A stretch of DNA of 64,000 nucleotides. Source: the human T2T-CHM13v2.0 reference genome, Homo sapiens. Positions 55,901-64,000 of this stretch are shown here, one piece after another; positions within the stretch are counted from its first letter, which is position 1; each line of letters starts with the position of its first letter. The stretch lies in the NCBI RefSeq assembly GCF_009914755.1, contig NC_060944.1; one strand, 5' to 3'. Made by a program: the position numbers and the translations under genes. Under the pieces are notes generated by a model that searched no databases, had not been told where the DNA came from, and was given only the letters and a program-made list of their open reading frames with translations.

Positions 55901-58900
55901 GGAATGGAATGGAATGGAAGGGAATGGAGTGGAATGGAATGGGATGGAATGGAATGAACCATAGTGGAATGGAATGGAATGGAATGGAATGGAATGGAAT
56001 GGAATGGAACGGAATCAAGCCGAGTGGAATGAAATGGAATGGAACAGAATCAACCTGAGTGGAATGGAATGGAATGCAATGAAGTGGTATGAAATGTTTA
56101 GAATGGAATGGAATGGACTCAAAACGAGTGGAATGGAATGGAATGGAAATGAATGGAATGGAGTGGAATGGAAACAACCCGAGTGGAATGGAATGGAATG
56201 CAATAGAATGGTATGGAATGGAATGGAATGGAATAGAATGGAATCAAAACGAGTGGAATGGAATGGAATGGAATGGAATGGAATGGAATGCAATGGCATG
56301 GAATGGAATGGAATGAAATGGAATGGAATGGCATGGAATGGAATGGAATGGAATGGAATGGAATGGAATTGAATGGAATGGATTGGAATGTGTTGGAATG
56401 GAATCGAATGGAATCAACTGGAATGGAAGGGAATGGAATGGAATGGAATCAGTTAGATTGGAATGGCATGGAATGGAATGGAATGCAATGGAATGTAATG
56501 GAATGGAATCAACCCGTGTGGAATGTAATGCAAAGGAATGGTATGGAATGGAATCAACCAAAGTGGAATGGAACGGAATGGAATAGAATGGAAGGGAATG
56601 GAATGGAATCCAATGGAGTCAACCCAAATGGAATCGAATGGAATCGAATGCAATGGAATGGAAAGAAATGGAATCGAATGGAATGGAATGAAATGGAATG
56701 GAATGGAATGGAATGAGATGGGATGCAATGGAATTAAAACGAGTGGAGTGGAATGGAATGGAATGGAATGGAATGGAATGGAATGGAATGGAATAAATTA
56801 GAATGGAATGGAAAGCAATGCCATGGAACGGAATCAACCCCTGTGGAGTGGAATGGAATGGAATGGCATGGAAAGCAATTGAATGGAATGGAATCAACCA
56901 GAGTGCAATGGAGTGGAATGGAATGGAATGGAATGGAATCAACCCGAGTGAAATGGAATGGAAAGTTACGGAATGGAATGGAATGGAATGGAATGGAATG
57001 GAATGGAATGGAATGGAATGCAATGGAATGGAATTAACCCGAGTAGAATGGCATGGAATGGAATGGAATGGAATGCATTTCAATGGAATGGAATGGAATG
57101 GAATGTAGTCAACGCGAGTGGAATGGATTGGAATGGAATGGAAGGGAATGGAATGGAATGGAATCAACCCGAGTGGAATGGATGGGAGTGGAATGGAATG
57201 GAATGGCTAGGAACGGAATGGATTGGAGTGGAATGGAATGGAGTGGAATAGAATGGAATTCAATGGATAGGTATGGAAGGGAATCGAGTGGAATGGAATG
57301 GCATGGAAGAGAATGGAAGGAATGGAAAGGAATCAAGCCGAGTGGAATCGAAAGGAATGGAATGGAATTGAATGGAATGGATTGGAATTGACAAAACCCG
57401 ATTGGAATGCAATGGAATGGAACGGAATGAAATGAAATGGAAAGGAATGGAACGGAATCAAAGCGATGGGAAAGGAATGCAAAGGAATGAAATGGAATGG
57501 AATCCACCCGAGTGAAATGGAATGGAATGGAATGGAGTGGAATCAACCCAAGTGGAATGGAATCGAATTGAATGGAATGGATTGGAATGGAATGGAATGG
57601 AATGGAATGGAATGGAATGGAATGGAATTACCCAGAGTGAAATGGCATGGAAAGGAACGGAATAGAATTTAATGGAATAGAATGGAATGGAATGGAATCA
57701 ACCCGAGTGGAATTGAATGGAATGAAATGGAATGCAATGTAATGGAATGGAACCAATAAGAGTGGAATGGATTGGAATGGAATGGAATGGAATGAAAGGG
57801 AATGGATAAAACGTGAATGGAATGGAATGGAATGGAATGGAATGGAATGGAAAAGAATGGAATGGAATGGAATACACCAGAGTGGAATGGAATAGAATGG
57901 AATGGAATGGAGTGGAATTAACCCCAGTGGAATGGAATGGAATGGAATGGAATGGAATGGAATGGAATGGAATGGAATGGATTGGAATCAAACCGAGTGG
58001 AATGGAATGGAATGCAATGGAATGGAATGGGATGGAATGGAATCAAACCGAGTGGAGTGGAATGGAATTGAATGGAATAAATTGGAATGGAAAGGAATGG
58101 AATGGAATGAAATGGAAAGGAATGGAATAGAATCAACCACAGTGGAATGGAATGGAATGGAATGGAATGGAATGGAATGGAATGGAATGGAATCAACCCG
58201 AGTGGAATGGAATTTAATTAAATGGAATGGAATGGAATGAACCCGAGTGGAATGGAATGGAATGGAATTGAATGGAATTAACCCGAGTGAAACGGAATGG
58301 AAAGGAACGGAATGGAATTTAATGGAATGGAATGGAATGGAATGGAATGGAATGGAATCAACTTGAGTGGAATGGAATGAAATGGAATGGAATGGAAAGC
58401 AATGGAATTGAATGGAATCAACCAGAGTTGAATGGAATTGAATGGAATGGAATGGAAGGGAATCAACCAAATGGAATGGAATGGAATTGAAACAAACCGA
58501 GTGAAATGGAATGGAAAGCTACGGAATGGAATGATTTGGAATCAAACCGAGTGGAATGGAATGGAATGGAATGGAATGGAACGGAATGAAATCAACCTGA
58601 GTGGAATGGAATGGAATGGAATGGAATGGAATGGAATGGAATGGAATGGGATGGAATAGAATGGAATGGAGTGGATTAGAATCAATCTGAATGGAATGGA
58701 AAGGAATGGAAAGGAATGCAATTGAATGGAATGGAATGGAATGGAATGGAATTGAATAGAATCAACCAGAGTGGAATGGAGTGGAATGGAACGGAATGGA
58801 ATGGAATGCAATGGAATAAATCCGAGTAGAATGCAATGGAAAGGAATGGAACCAAATGGAATGGAATGGCATTGAATGGGATCAACACGAGTGGAATGGA

Positions 58901-61654
58901 ATGGAATGGAATGGATTGGAATTGAATGGAATTCACCAGAGTGGAATATAATGGAAAAGAATGGAATGTAGTGGAATCAACCCGAGTGGAATGGAATCGT
59001 ATAGATTGAAATGGAATGGAATGGAATGGTATGGAATGGAATGGAATGGAATGGAATGGAAAGGAAAGGAATGCAATGGAATCAAAACGAGTGGAATGGA
59101 ATGGAATGGAAAGGAATGGAATGGAATTCAATAGAATCAACCAGAGTGGAATGGAATGGAAAGGAACTGAATGGAATGGAATTGAATGGAATGGAATCCA
59201 ATCCAGTGTAAGGAAATGGAATTGAATGGAATGGAATGGAATGGAATGGACTGGACTGTAATAAATTCGAGTGGAAAGGAATGGAATGCAATTTAATATA
59301 ATGGAAATCAATGGAATCCACCCGAATGGAATGGAAAGGAATGGAATGGAATGGAATGGAATGGAATGGAATGTATTGGAATGGAATCAACTCGAGTGGA
59401 ATGGAAAGGAATGGAATGGAATGAAATGGAATGGAATGGAATGGAATGGAATGGAATGGAATAGAATGGAAATGAATGGAATCAACCCGAGTTTAATGGA
59501 ATGGAATGGAATGCAATGGAATGGAATGGAATCAACATGAGTGGAATGCAATAGAATGGAATGGAATGGAATGGAATGAAATGGATTGGAATCAACCCAC
59601 GTGGAATGTAGTGGATTCAAATGGAATGGAATCAACACGAGAGGAATGAAATGGAATGGAATGGAATGGAAAGGAATGGAATGGAGTGGAATGGAATGGG
59701 ATGGAATGGAATGGAATGGAATGGGATGGGATAGAATGGAATGGAATGGAATGGAATGGAATGGAATGGAATGGAATGGAATCAACCCTAGTGGAATGGA
59801 ATGGAATGTAATGGAATGGAATGGAATCAACCTGAGTGGAATTGAATTGAATGCAATGAAATGGTATGGAATGATTGGAATGGAATGGAATGGACTCAAA
59901 ACGAGTGGAATGGAATGGAATGCAATGGAATGGCATGGAATGGAATGGAATGGAATGGAATGGAATGGAATGGAATAGAATGGAATGAAAGCGAGTGTAA
60001 TGGAACGGATTCGAATGGAATGGTATAGATTGGAATCAAAGAGAGTGGAATGGAATGCAATGAAATGGAATCGAATGGAATGGGATGGAATGCAATGTCA
60101 TGGAATGGAGTGGAATGGAATGGAATGGAATGGAATGGAATGGAATGGAATAGAGTGCAACGGAATGGAATGGCATGGAATTGAATGGAATGGATTAGAA
60201 TGCGTTGGAATGGAGTAGAATGGAATCAAATGGGATGAAAGGGAATGGAATCGAATGGAATTAAATAGATTACAATGCAATGGAATGGAATGGAAAGCAA
60301 TGGAATGGAATGGAATGGAATCAACACGTGTGGAATGTAACGCAAACGAATGGAATGGAATGCAATGGAATCAACAAAAGTGGAATGGAAGGGAATGGAA
60401 TAGAATGGAATGGAATGGAATGGAATGCAATGAAGCCAACCCAAGTGGAATAGAATGGAATGGAATTCGACGGAGTGGAATGAAAGGGAATGGAATGGAA
60501 TGGGATGGAATGGAATTAAACCCAACGGAGTGAATTGGAATTGAATGGAATGAAATGGACAGGAATGCAATGGAATGGAATCAACCCGTGTCGAATGCAA
60601 TGGAATGGAATGGAATGGAATGGAATGGAATGGAATGGAATGGAATGGAATGGAATGGGAAGCAATGGAATGGAATGGAATCAACCAGAGTGGAATGCAA
60701 CGGAATGGAATGGAATGGAATGGAATGGAATGGAATGGAATCAACCAGAGTGGAATGGAATGGAATGGCATGGAATGGGATCAACCGGAGTGAAATGGAA
60801 TGGAAAGTTACGGAATGGAATGGAATGGGATCAACCGGAGGGAAATGGAATGGAAAGTTACGGAATGGAATGGAATGGAATGGAATGGAATCAACACGAG
60901 TGAAATGGAATTGAAAGAACGGAATGGAATTTAATGTAATGGAATGGAATGGAATGGAATCACCCCGAGTGGAATGGAATGGAATGGAATGGAATGGAAC
61001 CAATAAGAGTGGAATGATTTAGAATGGAATGGAATGGAATGAAACGGAATGGAATCAACCCGAGTGGAATGGAATGGAATGATATTGAATGGAATGGAAT
61101 GGAATGGAATCCACCAGAGTGCAATGGAATAGAATGGAATGGAATGGAGTGGAATTAACCCAAGTGGAATGAAATGGAATCGAATGGAATGAAGTGGAAT
61201 GGAATGGAATGGAATGGATTGGAATCAAACTGAGTGAAATGGAATGGAAAGGAATGGGATGGAATAGAATGGAATGGAGGGGATTGGAATCAATATGAGT
61301 GGAATGGAAACGAATGGAATGGAATGGAAAGGAATGGATTGGAATGGAATGGAATGGAACAGAATCAACCAGAGTGGAATTGAGTTTAATGGACCGGAAT
61401 GGAATGGAACGGAATGGAATAAACCCGAGTAGAATGCAAAGGAAGGGAATGGAATCGAATGGAATGGAATGGCGTTGAATGGAATCAACACAAGTGGAAT
61501 GGAATGGAATGGAATGGATTGCAATGGAATGGAATCAACCCGAGTGGAATGTAATGGAATGGAATGGAATGGAATAGAATCAACCCAAGTAGAATGGAAT
61601 GGTAAGGAATGAAATGGAATTGAATGGAATGGAATGGTATGGAATGGAATGGAA

Positions 61655-64000
61655 TGCAATGCAATGGAAAGGAATGCAATGGAATCAAAACGAGTGGAAT
61701 GGAATGGAATGGAAAGGAATGGAATGGAATTCAATAGAATCAACGCGAGTGGAATGGAATGCAAAGGAATGGAATGGAATGGAATGGAATGGAATGGAAT
61801 GGAATGAAATGGATTGGAATCAACCCGCATGGAATGTAGTGGATTCGAATGGAATGGAATCAACCCGATAGGAATGGAATGAAATGGAATGGAATGAAAT
61901 GGAATGGAATGCAATGGAATTGAATGGAAAGGAATGGAGTCAAACTTACTGGAATGGAAGAGAATGGAATGGAAAGGAATGGAATGGAGTGGAATGCAAT
62001 GGAATCAACCCGACTGGACTGGAATGGAATGGAAGGTAATGGAATGAAATGGAGTCAAACCGACTGGAATGGAATGGAATGGAATGCAATGGAATCAACT
62101 CGAATGGAATGGAATGGAATGGAATGGAATGGAATGGAATGGAATGGAATGGAATGAAATGGATTGGAATGGAATGGAATGGATTCAGTGTGAGAGGAAT
62201 GGAATGGAAGGGAGTGGAATGGAATAGAACGAAATGGAATAGAATGGTTTGGAATGCAATGGAATGGATTGAAATGGAATGGAAAGGAATAAAATCAAGT
62301 GAAATTGGATGGAATGGATTGGAAAGGAATGGAATGGAATGGAATGGAATGGAATGGAATGGAATCCACCCAAGTGCAATGGAATGGATTTGAATGGATT
62401 GGAATGGAATGGAATGGAATGGAATGGACTTCACACGAGTGCAATGGAATGGAATGGAATGGAACCAACCAGAGTGGAATGGAATGGAATGGAAACTAAT
62501 GGAATGGAATGGAATGGAATCACAGCGAGTGGAATGGAATGGAATGCAATGAAATGGTTTGGAATGGTGTGGAATGGAATGGAATGGAATGCAATGGAAT
62601 GGAATCAAAGCGAGTGGAATGGAATGGAATGAAATGGAATGGAATGGAATCAACACGAGTGGAATGGAAGGGAATGGAATGGGATGGGATGGAATGGAAT
62701 GGAATGCAATGCAATGGAATCAACCCGAGTAGAATGGAAAGGAATGGAATGGAAGGGAATGGAATGGAATGGAATGGAATGGAATAGAATGGAATGGAAT
62801 GCAATGGAATCCAAGCGATTAGAATGGAAAGGAATGGCATGGAATGGAATGGAATGGAATGGAATGGAATGGAATGGAATACAAGGGAATGGAATGGAAT
62901 GGAGTCAACTGGAATGGAATGGAATGGAACCAACACGAGTGGAATGAAATGGAAAGGAGCGGAATGGACAGGAAAAGAATGGAAAGGAACTGAATGTAAT
63001 GGAATCGAATGGAGTGGAATTGAATGGAATGAAATGGAATCAATGTGAGTGAAATGGAATGGTATGGAACGGAATGGATGGGAATGGAATGGAATGGAAT
63101 GGAATGGAATGCAATGGAATCAATGAGAGTGCAAAGGAATGGAATGGAATGGGGCAAATAAAATGGAATTTATTTGAATGGAATGGAATCAACTGGAATT
63201 GAATGGAATGGAATGGAATGGAATGGAATGGAATGGAATGGAATAGAAAGCCATGGAATGGAATGGAATGGAATGCCATGGAATGGAATGGAATGGAATT
63301 AACAAGAATGGAAAGGAATGGAATGGAATGGAATGGAATGGAATGGAATGGAATGGAATGGAGAGGAGGCAAACCGAGTGGAATGGAATGGATTGCAATG
63401 GAATGGAAAGGAATGGAATGGAATGGAATGGAATGCAACGGAATGGAGTGGAATGGAATGGAATGCAATGCAATGGAAAGGAATGCAATGGAATCAAAAC
63501 GAGTGGAATGGAATGGAATGGAAAGGAATGGAATGGAATTCAATAGAATCAACGCGAGTGGAATGGAATGCAAAGGAATGGAATGGAATGGAATGGAATG
63601 GAATGGAATGGAATGGAATGGAATGGAATGAAATGGATTGGAATCAACCCGCATGGAATGTAGTGGATTCGAATGGAATGGAATCAACCCGATAGGAATG
63701 GAATGAAATAGAATGGAATGAAATGGAATGGAATGCAATGGAATTGAATGGAAAGGAATGGAGTCAAACTTAATGGAATGGAAGAGAATGGAATGGAAAG
63801 GAATGGAATGGAGTGGAATGCAATGGAATCAACCCGACTGGACTGGAATGGAATGGAAGGTAATGGAATGAAATGGAGTCAAACCGACTGGAATGGAATG
63901 GAATGGAATGGAATGGAATGGATTGGAATGGAATGGAATGGATTCAGTGTGAGAGGAATGGAATGGAAGGGAGTGGAATGGAATAGAACGAAATGGAATT
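61655..64000 (+). repeat. ~1.8 kb offset duplication (~61655-62240 vs ~63465-64000), truncated by the window end
   Basis: CAAAACGAGT 61686/63495, CAACCCGCAT 61821/63645, CAACCCGATAGG 61861/63685; shared variants CAAACTTA and GGAAGGTAAT. Confidence 0.85.

Larger units (their letters stand above)
39400..63200 (+). repeat. Long-range paralogous blocks ~39400-48590 and ~56150-63200
   Basis: CAGTTAGATTGG 39765/56450, GGCTAGGAAC 40591/57205, AATCGTATAGATTG 42571/58995, CAACCCGCATGG 45422/61821, GGAGCGGAATGGACAGG 48312/62956, CAAATAAAATGG 48521/63155. Offset is 16.7-16.4 kb, dropping to 14.6 kb after the 925-bp triplication. Confidence 0.88.
1..64000 (+). repeat. HSat3: Satellite III (HSat3) array, (GGAAT)n with interspersed CAACCCGAGT decamers; runs off both window ends
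   Basis: Every line consists of GGAAT pentamers or 1-2 mismatch variants (GCAAT, GAAAT, GGATT, AGAAT, GGAGT), plus recurrent CAACCCGAGT/CAACCTGAGT/CAAACCGAGT/CAACCAGAGT. This fits the established satellite III consensus CAACCCGA(G/A)T(GGAAT)n. The GAATCATC-rich 23/26-bp units of HSat2 and 171-bp alpha satellite are not seen. Confidence 0.98.
29170..64000 (+). repeat. HSat3 right domain (marker family TCCAGTGTA, AAATTGGAA, GTAGTGGATTC, GGACTTCACAC)
   Basis: TCCAGTGTA at 33571, 33781, 34176, 42768, 55419, 59202. CAACCC[G/A]C[A/G]TG..TGTA[G/T]TG[G/C]ATT-like words at 43169, 45422, 46347, 47272, 53577, 55825, 59593, 61821, 63645. I saw neither word before 29 kb. Confidence 0.7.

Noticed and set aside
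1-64000. CRISPR-like reading with CAACCCGAGT as repeat and intervening DNA as spacers
   Set aside because: The repeat is only 10 bp and degenerate, the intervals vary widely and are themselves GGAAT repeats, and there are no cas genes.
1-64000. Canonical heat-shock elements
   Set aside because: nGAAn units are in direct orientation. I found no clear GAAnnTTCnnGAA, and the TTCGAA and GAATTC words have the wrong spacing.
1-64000. Assignment to a specific chromosome, species or HSat3 subfamily, or a novel encoded system
   Set aside because: Assignment needs a k-mer or alignment search that I cannot run, and nothing in the sequence supports an encoded system beyond satellite architecture.

Overview
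The whole 64 kb window is one uninterrupted array of primate satellite III (HSat3): degenerate (GGAAT)n on the + strand, punctuated roughly every 50-150 bp by an in-phase CAACCCGAGT-type decamer. It looks like human or great-ape pericentromeric or acrocentric heterochromatin; chromosome and subfamily cannot be fixed by eye. I see no genes, transposon insertions, strand inversion or CRISPR array. All ORFs (MEWNG.../HSIPF...) are artefacts of a stop-free pentamer. I found no evidence of a new encoded biological system. The real information is in the array architecture, read from rare variant words used as landmarks. There are two marker-defined domains (about 1-29.2 kb and 29.2-64 kb) and very recent tandem duplications (about 3.79 kb x2, 925 bp x3 with a recombinant middle copy, about 1.855 kb x2). 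There is also an older paralogous pair 14.6-16.7 kb apart, a decayed single-copy island near 34.5-37.0 kb, CpG decay of the decamer, and a strong one-directional (-1) bias in pentamer phase shifts. All offsets and counts were read by eye, and boundaries are approximate because they fall inside pentamer runs.
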